Below, one piece after another: positions 9,238-18,301 of a stretch of DNA of 64,000 nucleotides. The stretch lies in NCBI GenBank assembly GCA_039961895.1, contig JABRVU010000014.1, positions 19,019-83,018 on the forward strand, read 5' to 3'. The DNA is from Phycisphaerae bacterium. Its GTDB lineage: Bacteria; Planctomycetota; Phycisphaerae; UBA1845; PWPN01. The notes beneath the pieces were generated by a model, which did no database searches, was not told where the DNA came from, and was given only the letters and a program-made list of their open reading frames with translations. Made by a program: the position numbers and the translations under genes. How positions within the stretch are numbered: position 1 is the stretch's first letter; each line of letters begins with the position of its first letter.

Positions 9238-10728
9238 TCACATCCCCCCCGACATGGATCGGTCCGCGTCTGAGGCCGATCCGTCGGAAGCGGTCGAGTT
9301 CTTGGGCGCGGCGCTGGTGAAGCCTTGACCGGGCATCGCCGCGCTTCCCATGGCGCTGCCCGCGGAAGTCGCGACCGGGTTGAGGCTCACCTCGTACGCG
9401 GCGATCACGATTTGGTCAGCCGCCGCAAGGGTCTGAAGGTAACCGTCCTCGTCGGCCAACACGCCGGCGTTGGCGTCCAGCACGGAGGCGAAGCTGACCT
9501 TCCCTACTTGGTACTGCGCCAGCGTGCTATCGGCCGTGGCGCGCGATTCCACGAGGAGGCCGTCGTCATAAACGCCTAGGGTGTCCAACAACGCGGCCAG
9601 CGAGGTCAGCCGCTCGCGGACCCTGAGTCGAAGGAGCTGCTCCATGCCATCGACGTTGGCTCGCGCGGCGGCTGCGCGGGCCTCGCCTTCCTCCACTGCG
9701 CGGCTCTGCTTGCTCCCCGCGAAAACCGGAATTGTGCCACCGACGGACAAGAGCCACATCGGCGGGAAGTCGCCCCCGCGAGGCATCACGCCCGCGCTCA
9801 CCACGAGGTCGGGGAAGTAGCTCCGGTTCGCGAGATCCACGGACTTGCCAGCCGCGGTGATGGAGATCCGCGCGGCTGCGAGCTCGGGGCTGCGTGCCAG
9901 CGCGTCGTCGACGGCGCGCTTCTCATCGAACAGCTTCGGCACTCCGAGGTCGACGAGGTGGACCTTCGTTTCGATCAGCTCGTCGAGGGGCCGACCGCGA
10001 AGCCGGTTGAGCCCCTGCACCAGGGTACGCTCTTCGGCCGCAAGCGCGAGACGCCGCTGCTTCAGTCGGCGCAGCTCGAGGCGAGAACGGAGCAGGTCCG
10101 ACTGGGAACCGCCCCCGGCCTCGTAGACGTAACGTGCGACCTCGGCGGACTTCTCCCACAGGCTGGTGAGCCGGTCGAGCAAGGCTATTCGGTCGCGGAC
10201 GAGGAGAAGCCCGACGTACAGGCGCCGAACATCGGCCTCGGTGGACAGCCGCAGTCGCGTGACGCCCAGCCTGCCCTGTCCGACCCCGAGCTCCGCAATG
10301 TCAGATCGGAGGTCTGATTTCCCAGGCCACGGGAAGGTCTGGGAAACCATGACGGAGTAGTAGCTGGTCTCCATCTTGCCGACCTCCCAGCTCGCGAAGC
10401 CATCGTTCTGCACGCCGACCTGGAGCATCGGATCAGGCCATGCCCCGGCCTGCGGCACTCGCGCTCGCTGCGCGCGAACGGTGGCCTCGGCGCCGACGAT
10501 CTCGGGGCGCGCCGACAGGCTCTCGGAGATCAGCAGATCGAGGGTCGGGTCAGACGGAAGGGCGTACGGCGAGGACGTCTGTGCCCGGGCCGGGACTGGT
10601 GCAAAGACGAACACAAGTACCAGCAGCGAAGTCAGCAGCAGGCCGAGGCCATTGGGGCCCACGGTACTTACCGCGCGATCACCTTGGAGCGCACGTCGTT
10701 TGCATTCGTTGGCGGATGAGCTACGCAT
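9238..10728 (-). CDS. cusC: TolC-family outer-membrane efflux protein (CusC-like)
   Basis: Signal-like N-terminus, two-repeat coiled-coil-rich TolC/OEP pattern, and first position in the C-B-A operon. Confidence 0.75.
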   Translation of the reverse strand: MRSSSANECKRRALQGDRAVSTVGPNGLGLLLTSLLVLVFVFAPVPARAQTSSPYALPSDPTLDLLISESLSARPEIVGAEATVRAQRARVPQAGAWPDPMLQVGVQNDGFASWEVGKMETSYYSVMVSQTFPWPGKSDLRSDIAELGVGQGRLGVTRLRLSTEADVRRLYVGLLLVRDRIALLDRLTSLWEKSAEVARYVYEAGGGSQSDLLRSRLELRRLKQRRLALAAEERTLVQGLNRLRGRPLDELIETKVHLVDLGVPKLFDEKRAVDDALARSPELAAARISITAAGKSVDLANRSYFPDLVVSAGVMPRGGDFPPMWLLSVGGTIPVFAGSKQSRAVEEGEARAAAARANVDGMEQLLRLRVRERLTSLAALLDTLGVYDDGLLVESRATADSTLAQYQVGKVSFASVLDANAGVLADEDGYLQTLAAADQIVIAAYEVSLNPVATSAGSAMGSAAMPGQGFTSAAPKNSTASDGSASDADRSMSGGM

Positions 10729-10744
10729 GGCGCCCCTCTTTCGA

Positions 10745-11140
10745 TTACTCGACCACGATCTCGCCCGCGATCATGTCCATCGCGCAGGCGAATCGGACCT
10801 TTCCGGGTTTGGTCGGTGTGAAAGTGAGCTCGACCGCCTTGTTCAGTGGCAACGGCGCGGAAATCTTGAGATCCTTGATGACGATGTCCGTCGCGCAGGT
10901 GCGCTCCACCTTGCGGGTGACAACGAGTTTCACCGGGTGTCCGGCGTGAACCTTGAACGACACGGGGACGAACCCGTCCGCGGTGACCGACAGCTCGACG
11001 ACCTGCTCGTGCCCGGTCGTGGATGCGGCGTGCTGCGAGCGATTGGGCACAGCCTCGGTACGCCCATCTTTGGCGCAAGCCGACAAGGCCAGGGAAGCTG
11101 CGCCGACAATCGCGATGAGTGTCAAGGTGGTCGTTTTCAT
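10745..11140 (-). CDS. Cupredoxin-like lipoprotein (putative periplasmic copper-binding protein)
   Basis: Lipobox LALSAC at the N-terminus. A single beta-sandwich-type domain ends in FACAMDMIAGEIVVE (Cys/Met ligand pattern). It heads the cus operon. Confidence 0.6.
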   Translation of the reverse strand: MKTTTLTLIAIVGAASLALSACAKDGRTEAVPNRSQHAASTTGHEQVVELSVTADGFVPVSFKVHAGHPVKLVVTRKVERTCATDIVIKDLKISAPLPLNKAVELTFTPTKPGKVRFACAMDMIAGEIVVE

Positions 11141-11182
11141 TGGTCGAAACCTCCTGTTTGAGCCGTCCTGCTTGCTTTGTAA

Positions 11183-11198
11183 GCAATCCCCGAGCCAA
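11183..11198 (-). promoter_or_regulatory. Sigma-54 (-24/-12) promoter candidate for the cupredoxin-cusCBA operon
   Basis: Minus strand reads TGGCTCGGGGATTGCT, against consensus TGGCAC-N5-TTGCW with correct GG/GC spacing. It lies about 43 nt upstream of the 11140 start, and a sigma-54-dependent activator is encoded divergently. Confidence 0.6.
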
Positions 11199-11295
11199 TC
11201 CTCTTCTTGGCGTGTTACATTAGCAGTTACGTACTGTTGCGTCGGCGCGTCGCCATCGCGACCTGAGTATTTGCTTGAAAAGCCGGGTCCGACCA

Positions 11296-11308
11296 GTTAC
11301 ATTGTAAC
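11296..11308. promoter_or_regulatory. Perfect palindrome GTTACATTGTAAC (candidate activator binding site)
   Basis: 13-bp palindrome in the divergent intergenic region. Further GTTAC half-sites occur at 11215, 11226 and 11316. Confidence 0.4.
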
Positions 11309-11422
11309 CCTTCGGGTTACCCGATAGCCGTGGTGACCGAAAGAAACCGTGTTGTTTCGAGGAGGTTGAAGTTGGCTCATCGCTTGCTTGGACCATCCAA
11401 TGGGGTCGGCATCGGAGCCGTG

Positions 11423-12874
11423 ATGAAGAACCTCGTGTGGGCGGGTACCGGGCGTCGTCTCTTCGTGGCCTTCGCCTCGTTGATCGCGCTCTACGCGCTG
11501 ACCGCCGGTGTCGCCATTCACGGCCTCGTTCAAATCCACGACGCCTTGAGGCAAACCAGCCATCGGGTCGAGGGGCTGCAACTCTCCCTCGAGCTGGCCA
11601 GCTCGGTACGAGACCAGTACGCCCACATCGCGCACACGATCATCATCGGCGACGACAGCCACCGAAAATACTATGAGGGAGCGGGCGACAAGGCGGCGGC
11701 TCTCGCGCGCGAGATGCGTGGGTTTGCAGTCAGACCCGACGAGCGGCAATGGGTGGCGCGGATCGAGCAAGCGCTCTCCGACATGGATGCATCCTTTCGG
11801 AACCGGATCTTGCCCGGTGTGCTGGCAGGGCAGACCAAGGCGGTTCAGGACGAGCATCGCCAGGTGCTTAGCTCCGCGGCGATAGCGCAGGACAACACGA
11901 GCTACTTGGCCGCCCGCTTCTCCGAGTCTGTCGTCGAGCTTCAAGCTGTCGTTCCAGAGATTCAACGACGGGCGCTCACGTGGGCGATCCTGTTTCTCTT
12001 GATTGCTCCCGCGTTAGCCGCGGTGGCCGGCATCGTCATCGGCCGTTCGGTGGCCCGCCCGATCGCACGGCTCAAAGCGGGAGCGGAGCGGATCGGCGCT
12101 GGCGACCTCGACACGCGGATAGAGGTCGAGTCGCCGGATGAGTTCGGAGCGCTGGCGCGCCAGTTCAACGCGATGGCCGCCTCGGTGAAGGAGCACCAAC
12201 ACCAGCGGTTGCTCAACGAGAAGATGGCGAGCATCGGCAGGCTCGCTGCGGGCGTTGCCCACGAGATCAACAACCCGCTCGGTGTCATCCTCGGCTACGT
12301 TCGGGTTCTCGGCAAGAAGGCCGAGGCCGGTCTCGCCGAGGACCTGAAGGTCATCGAGGCCGAGACACTGCGTTGCAAGGAGATCGTCGACGGCCTGCTT
12401 GACCTGTCAAGGCCGATCAAGCCGGGCAGCAACCTCGTGGACTTGCGGGAGCTCGCCGATGATGTGGCGGCGAGGCTGGCCGATTCGGAGCAGACCAAGG
12501 CTACCTCCATCAACGTCGAGGGAGAGTCCTCGGTGCCAGGCGATGCACTCAAGCTGCGCCAGGTCGTCTTCAATCTCGTGAAGAACGCGGTCGAGGCCGT
12601 CGATTCGGAGGGCCGCGTCGAGGTGCGGATCGTCAACCATGGTGACCGCGCCGAGCTCTCGGTAAGCGACAGCGGACCGGGACTGCCGGACGGTGTTCGT
12701 GAGCACCTTTTCGAGCCGTTCTTCACAACCAAGCAGCGCGGCACCGGACTTGGCCTCGCGGTGTCGCGCGCCATTGCTCGGGCGCACGGGGGAGACCTTA
12801 CGGCCGAAACGCCCGAGCGCGGCGCCCGTCTCGTCCTGCGTCTGCCGCATCCGCCCCGGGGAGGAACGCCATGA
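11423..12874 (+). CDS. Sensor histidine kinase (HAMP, HisKA, HATPase)
   Basis: TM/HAMP region, H-box AAGVAHEINNPL, N-box LVKNAVEA, G-boxes DSGPGL and GTGLGLAVS. The start is uncertain (11330 or ATG at 11423). Confidence 0.85.
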   Translation: MKNLVWAGTGRRLFVAFASLIALYALTAGVAIHGLVQIHDALRQTSHRVEGLQLSLELASSVRDQYAHIAHTIIIGDDSHRKYYEGAGDKAAALAREMRGFAVRPDERQWVARIEQALSDMDASFRNRILPGVLAGQTKAVQDEHRQVLSSAAIAQDNTSYLAARFSESVVELQAVVPEIQRRALTWAILFLLIAPALAAVAGIVIGRSVARPIARLKAGAERIGAGDLDTRIEVESPDEFGALARQFNAMAASVKEHQHQRLLNEKMASIGRLAAGVAHEINNPLGVILGYVRVLGKKAEAGLAEDLKVIEAETLRCKEIVDGLLDLSRPIKPGSNLVDLRELADDVAARLADSEQTKATSINVEGESSVPGDALKLRQVVFNLVKNAVEAVDSEGRVEVRIVNHGDRAELSVSDSGPGLPDGVREHLFEPFFTTKQRGTGLGLAVSRAIARAHGGDLTAETPERGARLVLRLPHPPRGGTP

Positions 12875-14271
12875 CTCGGGCGCGCATCCTTGTCGTAGAC
12901 GACAAGGAGAACATGCTGAAGCTGTTCGCCAAGATCCTGGGCGACGACTGCGAGTTGACAACAGCCGCCGAGGGTGGACGAGCGCTCTCCCTGGTGGAAG
13001 CCCAGGATTTCGACGTCGTGGTCACGGATCTCAAGATGCCCGGTGCGGACGGCCTTGAAGTGCTGAAGGCCGTGAAGCGGCGGCAGCCGGACACCGAGGT
13101 CGTGATGATGACGGCGTACGCAACGGTCAACGACGCGGTCGAGGCGATGAAGCAGGGAGCGTACGACTATCTCCAGAAGCCATTCGACCCGGACGCCGCA
13201 GTGCTCACCGTGACCCGCGCGCTGGAACGCAAGCGGCTGAAGGAGCAGGCCGCCAATCTCCGCAAGGAGCTGCAGTCCCTTCACTCCTTCCACAACATCG
13301 TCGGCAAGAGCCGAGCGATGCAGGACGTGTATCGGCTCCTCGAGCAGGCCGCGGGGCTCGACATTACCGTGCTCATCACCGGTGAGACTGGCACGGGCAA
13401 GGAGCTGGCGGCGCGTGCCATCCACTATCAGAGCGCAAGAAGAGATCGACGCTTCGTTCCGATCAACTGCGGAGCCTTGCCCGCGGAGTTGGTCGAGAGC
13501 GAGCTGTTCGGCCACGCACGGGGCGCGTTCACGGGCGCGGTAGGGGCGAAGCAGGGTCTCTTCGAGGAGGCTGCCGGCGGCACTATCTTCCTCGACGAAG
13601 TGGGTGAGCTACCCCTCGCGGTTCAAGTCAAGCTCAACCGAGCGCTGCAAGAACGAGAGATCCGTCGCGTGGGTGACAACACGCCCACGAAGGTTGATGT
13701 CCGTGTGATCGCCGCGACCCACAGGGATCTCAAGGCCGAGATCCAGACCGGACGCTTCAGGGAGGACCTCTTCTACCGCCTGCATGTCTTCCCCGTGCGG
13801 ATGCCATCGCTCAACGAACGTCGGGAGGATATTCCGCTGCTCGCGGCGCACTTCCTCGACAAGCATGCCCGGTCATTCAAGCGAGCGCTAAAGGGACTGA
13901 CATCAGAGGCATTGCGCGTGCTCAGCGGTTACCGCTGGCCCGGAAATGTCCGTGAGCTTGAGAACGCCATCGAGCGGGCGGTCGCCGTCGCCGCAGGACC
14001 CGAGATGGACGCTGGTGACCTGCCGGCCGAGCTGCGCGAGAGCCAGACCAGCAGCGTGCCGATGGAAGCTCTGGTCAAGCTGCCCTACAAGGACGCGCTC
14101 GAAATGGCGCGCGACCGCTTTTCTCGCGACTACTTGTTCGCTCTGATGCGCGAGTTCGAGGGCAACGTGACCCGGGCAGCGGAGCGCGCCAGCGTCGAGA
14201 GGGAGAGCCTTCACCGCCTGCTCAAGCGTTTCGGGGTACGGTCGGACGACTTCAAGCCGCGGGACCAGTAA
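12871..14271 (+). CDS. Sigma-54-dependent response regulator (NtrC family)
   Basis: Receiver domain (DDKENM...DLKMPG), AAA+ domain with GETGTGKE and the GAFTGA sigma-54 contact loop, and a C-terminal Fis-type HTH. It overlaps the kinase stop by 4 nt. Confidence 0.9.
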   Translation: MTRARILVVDDKENMLKLFAKILGDDCELTTAAEGGRALSLVEAQDFDVVVTDLKMPGADGLEVLKAVKRRQPDTEVVMMTAYATVNDAVEAMKQGAYDYLQKPFDPDAAVLTVTRALERKRLKEQAANLRKELQSLHSFHNIVGKSRAMQDVYRLLEQAAGLDITVLITGETGTGKELAARAIHYQSARRDRRFVPINCGALPAELVESELFGHARGAFTGAVGAKQGLFEEAAGGTIFLDEVGELPLAVQVKLNRALQEREIRRVGDNTPTKVDVRVIAATHRDLKAEIQTGRFREDLFYRLHVFPVRMPSLNERREDIPLLAAHFLDKHARSFKRALKGLTSEALRVLSGYRWPGNVRELENAIERAVAVAAGPEMDAGDLPAELRESQTSSVPMEALVKLPYKDALEMARDRFSRDYLFALMREFEGNVTRAAERASVERESLHRLLKRFGVRSDDFKPRDQ

Positions 14272-14680
14272 CTCGGCCACCGCGACTCAGTCGCTGCTTG
14301 TCCCACCTGGCGATTGTAGTGCGCAGTTCCCGCTCGCTCATCGGCTCGACCCCGTCCACCGACTCGGCGAAGAGGATCTGCTCCTGGATGTCGGGCGCGA
14401 GCAGCGTGAGGTCCATGAGCTGCGTCAGCCTCGCCCGGGTGAGGCCGAGGCGACGGGCGACCTCTGCGCGGTCGCGGGCGACGCCGCGGGCGATGGCGTC
14501 CTCGATCTTGTGGGCGAGCGCGAGCATCACCGCGACGCGCGCCGGGCGGCGGACTGGCTCGGGCGGCGGTTGCGGCGGCCCCTCGACGAAGGTCTTCCCG
14601 TGGCCGCGCTGGGCGCGGTGGAGCTTGCCCTCGAAGATGCGGACGCCCGGGGGCACCTCGGTCGGCTTAGTCTCGTTCAT
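14252..14680 (-). CDS. Small HTH protein co-transcribed with the serine recombinase
   Basis: Motif LGLTRARLTQLMDLTLLAPDIQEQILF is HTH-like and recurs next to recombinases. ATG at 14680 overlaps the recombinase stop (ATGA). The Arg-rich upstream part of listed ORF 14252..14869 overlaps the recombinase gene and is rejected. Confidence 0.6.
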   Translation of the reverse strand: MNETKPTEVPPGVRIFEGKLHRAQRGHGKTFVEGPPQPPPEPVRRPARVAVMLALAHKIEDAIARGVARDRAEVARRLGLTRARLTQLMDLTLLAPDIQEQILFAESVDGVEPMSERELRTTIARWDKQRLSRGGRVTGPAA

Positions 14681-16260
14681 GGCGTCACCTCGACGGCCCG
14701 GGCCACCTCTTCGGCGTCGGCGCCCAGGTCGGTCATGAAGGCGCGGATGTCGCCGTTGGGCTCGTCGACCTCGACGCGCGCCACGACGGCGTGGACCATC
14801 CGCATCCGGTTCTCGGGGCTGAGCGTGTCCCAGACCGTGTCGAAGTCGGCGAGGCACCGCTTCACCCACTCCGCTTCGAGCTCGGTGTCGGCGAGGAGCG
14901 CGAGGCGGCGCTGGACCTCAAGGTAGCGGGCCTCGAGGCGGCCGAGCTGCTCGCCGACCTCCTGGAGCTTGGCGTCGAGCAGGCGGCGCGCGGGCCCGGT
15001 CACGTTGCTCGCGGTTTCGACCAGGCGCTTGCCCTCGGTCGAGACGGCGGCGATCTGGCCCGGTAGCTGCGACCGCTCCTCCTCGAGCGGTCCGCGCTCC
15101 TTCTCCAGCCGCTCCTTGGCGGCCTTGGCGACGGCGGCGGCGAACTTGCCGTCGGCGAGGGCCTCGCGGACGCGCTGGATGACGAAGCCCTCGATCGCCA
15201 TCGCGGGCAGCGGCTTCGAGGGGCAGGCGTCGTTGCCCAGCTTGTCGCGTGTCGAGCATCGGTAGTAGCGGTAGACCTTGCCCGTGGCGCGCCGGTTCGA
15301 GGCCGGCGTGAAGGCCTGCCCGCAGCGGGCGCAGCGCACGATGCCGGTGAGGATGTACTCGGGGTTGCGGCCGTTGCGGATGACGCGGTCGCCGCCCTTC
15401 TCCGCGAGCAGCGCCTGCACCCGGTCGTAGAGCTCGCGCTCGATGATCGCCTCGTGCTCGCCCTCGTAGACCTCGCCCGCGGAGGAGATCAGCCCCGCCG
15501 GCACCGGGCTCTTGAGGATGGCGAGCACCGCGTTCTTCTGCCACTCGCGGGCGCCCCGGCTGTTGCCGTTCGAGGCAACGTGGTGCTTGGTCGAGCGGTG
15601 CTCGGCGTTGAGCGCGGTGGCGACGGCGACCGCGGAGCGCTTGTCGAGGTAGAGGTCGTAGACTCGCCGCACCAGCGCGGCCTCGACCTCGTTCACCACG
15701 AGCTTCTTCTTCTCGACGCTGTAGCCGAGCGGCGGGATGCCGCCCGTCCACTTCCCCTTGCGGCGCGAGGCGGCGATCTTGTCCCTCGTGCGCTCCGCAA
15801 TCATGGATCGCTCAAATTCCGCGAAGCTCATCAGCATGTTGAGCGTCAGCCGCCCCATGGCGTCGGCGGTCGAGAAGTTCTGCGTGACGCTCACGAAGGC
15901 CGCGCCGGCGCGGCTGAAGCGGTCCATCACCTTGGCGAAGTCGAGCAGCGAGCGGCTCAGGCGGTCGACCTTGTAGACGACCACCACGTCGATCTTCCCG
16001 GCCTCGATGTCCTGCAGCAGCCGCGCGAAGGCCGGCCGCTCGAGGTTCGCGCCGGTGAAGCCGCCGTCGTCGTACTTCTCGGCGATGAGCTGCCAGCCGA
16101 GGCACGCCTGGCGGCTGATGTACTGCTCGCAGGCCTCGCGCTGGGCGTCGAGCGAGTTGAAGTCCTGGTCGAGGCCCGCCGACGTCGACTTGCGGGTGTA
16201 GATCGCGCAGCGCCTGACCTCGGGGACCGGCGACGGTGCGGCGGGTCGCTTCTTGTTCAT
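14677..16260 (-). CDS. Large serine recombinase (phage integrase type)
   Basis: N-terminal resolvase catalytic domain CAIYTRKSTS...SLDAQREAC...VVVYKVDRLSRS, then a recombinase domain, a zinc-ribbon (CARCGQAF...YYRC) and a coiled coil. Start taken at MNKKRP. Confidence 0.9.
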   Translation of the reverse strand: MNKKRPAAPSPVPEVRRCAIYTRKSTSAGLDQDFNSLDAQREACEQYISRQACLGWQLIAEKYDDGGFTGANLERPAFARLLQDIEAGKIDVVVVYKVDRLSRSLLDFAKVMDRFSRAGAAFVSVTQNFSTADAMGRLTLNMLMSFAEFERSMIAERTRDKIAASRRKGKWTGGIPPLGYSVEKKKLVVNEVEAALVRRVYDLYLDKRSAVAVATALNAEHRSTKHHVASNGNSRGAREWQKNAVLAILKSPVPAGLISSAGEVYEGEHEAIIERELYDRVQALLAEKGGDRVIRNGRNPEYILTGIVRCARCGQAFTPASNRRATGKVYRYYRCSTRDKLGNDACPSKPLPAMAIEGFVIQRVREALADGKFAAAVAKAAKERLEKERGPLEEERSQLPGQIAAVSTEGKRLVETASNVTGPARRLLDAKLQEVGEQLGRLEARYLEVQRRLALLADTELEAEWVKRCLADFDTVWDTLSPENRMRMVHAVVARVEVDEPNGDIRAFMTDLGADAEEVARAVEVTP

Positions 16261-16934
16261 CCGCGAGCCTCCTCCACCGGCTCGGGCTGCGTGCGGCGCT
16301 GCAGGCCGAAGAACAGGAACCCGTTCCACGGCGTGCCGGTGATCCGCCGCGCGAGCTGCGACAGCGTCTGGTGGCGCTCACCGTTGTACTCGAAGCCGTC
16401 GTCCAGGACCGTGACCCGGTGCTCGACGCCCTTGTGAACCCGGACGATGGTCGCGCCCGGCGGCGGCAGACGCGGGTCGCGATCGGGGTCCGGGACGGGC
16501 ATCGCCACCACGGCCACCGCCATGGGCGCAGGCGTCGCGGTCGGCTGCGGTGTCGCCCGCCAGCGCACGGGCGCCTGCGGGGCCAGTTCCTCGATCTTGG
16601 CCAGCGCGCGGGGCGACAGCCCGCCCTCGGCCAGCTCCTGAATGCGCCAGCCGACCTTCTTGCGCAGGTAGTTCTTGTTGCGGGTGCGGGTCGGCACCCC
16701 GAAGACCTCGCGGTACTTCACCACGAGCTCGCCCACCGTCATCTTCTCCAGCGCGGTGAGCTGCTCGGAGACCGTGGCCGCTGCGGCCCGGGCCTTCCTC
16801 ACCTGTTCGCTCTTGCCCATGTCGGCGCCTCCTTCGCGACGGGGGTTGATGCCGTCGTCGAGGGCCATGAGGGCGTCGGCTCTCTGTGAAGGCAAGGTAA
16901 GAATCTCTGTCAGTTCAGCGGGTTGCGGCTTCAT
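16257..16934 (-). CDS. DUF2924-family protein (recombinase-associated)
   Basis: TVGELVVKYREVFGVPTRTRNKNYLRKKVGWRIQE and the C-terminal GTPWNGFLFFGL are typical of DUF2924 proteins found directly upstream of large serine recombinases. 4-nt overlap with the recombinase start. Confidence 0.7.
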   Translation of the reverse strand: MKPQPAELTEILTLPSQRADALMALDDGINPRREGGADMGKSEQVRKARAAAATVSEQLTALEKMTVGELVVKYREVFGVPTRTRNKNYLRKKVGWRIQELAEGGLSPRALAKIEELAPQAPVRWRATPQPTATPAPMAVAVVAMPVPDPDRDPRLPPPGATIVRVHKGVEHRVTVLDDGFEYNGERHQTLSQLARRITGTPWNGFLFFGLQRRTQPEPVEEARG

Positions 16935-17091
16935 GTTCGCCCCGGACACGCTCGCGTTCCGCGAGCAGGAGATCGACCACCGCGATGGCCAGGACCTCGA
17001 CGATCACCTGCCGGCGCTGTTCGCGCGGCAGCGGCTTGGTCCCGTCGCCGACCGGCGCGGGCTTGTCGTTCGTGATCGGGGCATGCGACAC
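16915..17091 (-). CDS. Hypothetical 58-aa protein (GTG start), not in supplied track
   Basis: Hand translation gives VSHAPITNDKPAPVGDGTKPLPREQRRQVIVEVLAIAVVDLLLAERERVRGEHEAATR, overlapping the DUF2924 start. Position alone supports it. Confidence 0.25.
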   Translation of the reverse strand: MSHAPITNDKPAPVGDGTKPLPREQRRQVIVEVLAIAVVDLLLAERERVRGEHEAATR

Positions 17092-17169
17092 CGTGGTTCT
17101 CCCTTCGAGCGTTCCGAGGGAGAAACGCGGGCCCGGAAGGCCGCCTGGGACAACTCACGAGGTTGGTGG

Positions 17170-17198
17170 TTGACATCCAGGGGGCAAGTGTTTAGTGT
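17170..17198 (+). promoter_or_regulatory. Sigma-70-type promoter candidate for the XRE/ImmA operon with overlapping tandem repeat
   Basis: TTGACA, then a 17-nt spacer, then TAGTGT. The -10 region lies inside the tandem AGTGTTT-AGTGTTT-AGTTCAC. It sits about 60 nt upstream of the 17259 start. Confidence 0.45.
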
Positions 17199-17258
17199 TT
17201 AGTTCACGGTGCGTCCTGGCGGTGCCGCGGACGCCCACAGCAGGAGGAAGAAGAGAAG

Positions 17259-17606
17259 ATGGCCGAGACGCTGGGAGACCGGATCAAGCGACTCCGCAAG
17301 GAGCGCGAGCTTGGTCTGCGCGAGACGGCGGCCAAGGTCGGCATTTCAGCTACGTTCCTGTCGCGGGTCGAGAACAACGCCGAGAAGGCGGCGCCGGGCG
17401 AGGAAGTCATAGGGAAGCTCGCCGCCGTGCTCGGCGTCAAGGCCGACTCCTTGATGCAGCTGGCCGGCCGCGTCGCGCACGACGTCGCTGACGTGATCAA
17501 GTCGGATGCGGGGATGCCCGCCTTTCTCAGGAGAGCGCGCGACGAGGGGGTCTCGTCGGAGGAGCTGATGAAGCTCCTCGACAAGAGCAAGAAGGGGAAG
17601 CGCTGA
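17259..17606 (+). CDS. XRE-family HTH transcriptional regulator (prophage repressor candidate)
   Basis: LGDRIKRLRKERELGLRETAAKVGISATFLSRVENN is a classic Cro/C1 HTH. AGGAGG precedes the ATG. Confidence 0.85.
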   Translation: MAETLGDRIKRLRKERELGLRETAAKVGISATFLSRVENNAEKAAPGEEVIGKLAAVLGVKADSLMQLAGRVAHDVADVIKSDAGMPAFLRRARDEGVSSEELMKLLDKSKKGKR

Positions 17607-17608
17607 GC

Positions 17609-18301
17609 ATGGACATCAAGGTGCCCTTCCGGAAGCCGGCAGAGATCGAGCACATGGTGCTCGACCTCCTGCACAAGTACGCCAAGGCCAAGGGGGCACC
17701 ACCGCGCCCGCCGATCGACGTCGACGACATCGCCGAGAAGTACCTGAAGCTCGACCTCGAGGTGACCGACCTCAAGGAGCTGCTCAAGATGCCCGACGTC
17801 CTCGGGGCGACCTGGCTCGAGGACAAGGTCGTCCGCCTCGACAGCTCGCTCGAAGGCAAGGAGGGACGGCTCGCATTCACCCTCGCCCACGAGATCGGCC
17901 ACTGGTGGATGCACCGGCCCATCATCGAGATGGAGAAGGTGACACTGCCCCTCTACGCCTTCGAGGAGGGCCGGCCCGCGCGGCCCGCCATCGTCTGCCG
18001 CTCGACCAAGAAGGACCCCGCGGAGTGGCAGGCCGACCAGTTCGCGGCCCGGCTGCTCATGCCCGAGGCGGACGTGCGCGCGACGGCCAAGCAGGTGCGC
18101 GGCACGCTGCCCGTGATGATCCCGCACCTCAAGGCGCTCAAGGGCGGAAGCGAGTTCGGCCCCGAGCTGCGCGACTTCGCGAGCGAGGTGATCGCGGCCG
18201 GCAACTTCAGCAACGTGTCCAACCAGGCGATGCGCATTCGGCTCGTCGACCTGAAGCTCGTCGACGACGCGAACGATCCGCAGGGGAGGCTGTTGCTGTA
18301 G
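17609..18301 (+). CDS. ImmA/IrrE-family metallopeptidase
   Basis: HEIGHWWMH zinc motif with downstream EWQADQFAARLLMP. It lies immediately downstream of the XRE gene, the standard ImmR/ImmA pairing. Confidence 0.8.
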   Translation: MDIKVPFRKPAEIEHMVLDLLHKYAKAKGAPPRPPIDVDDIAEKYLKLDLEVTDLKELLKMPDVLGATWLEDKVVRLDSSLEGKEGRLAFTLAHEIGHWWMHRPIIEMEKVTLPLYAFEEGRPARPAIVCRSTKKDPAEWQADQFAARLLMPEADVRATAKQVRGTLPVMIPHLKALKGGSEFGPELRDFASEVIAAGNFSNVSNQAMRIRLVDLKLVDDANDPQGRLLL

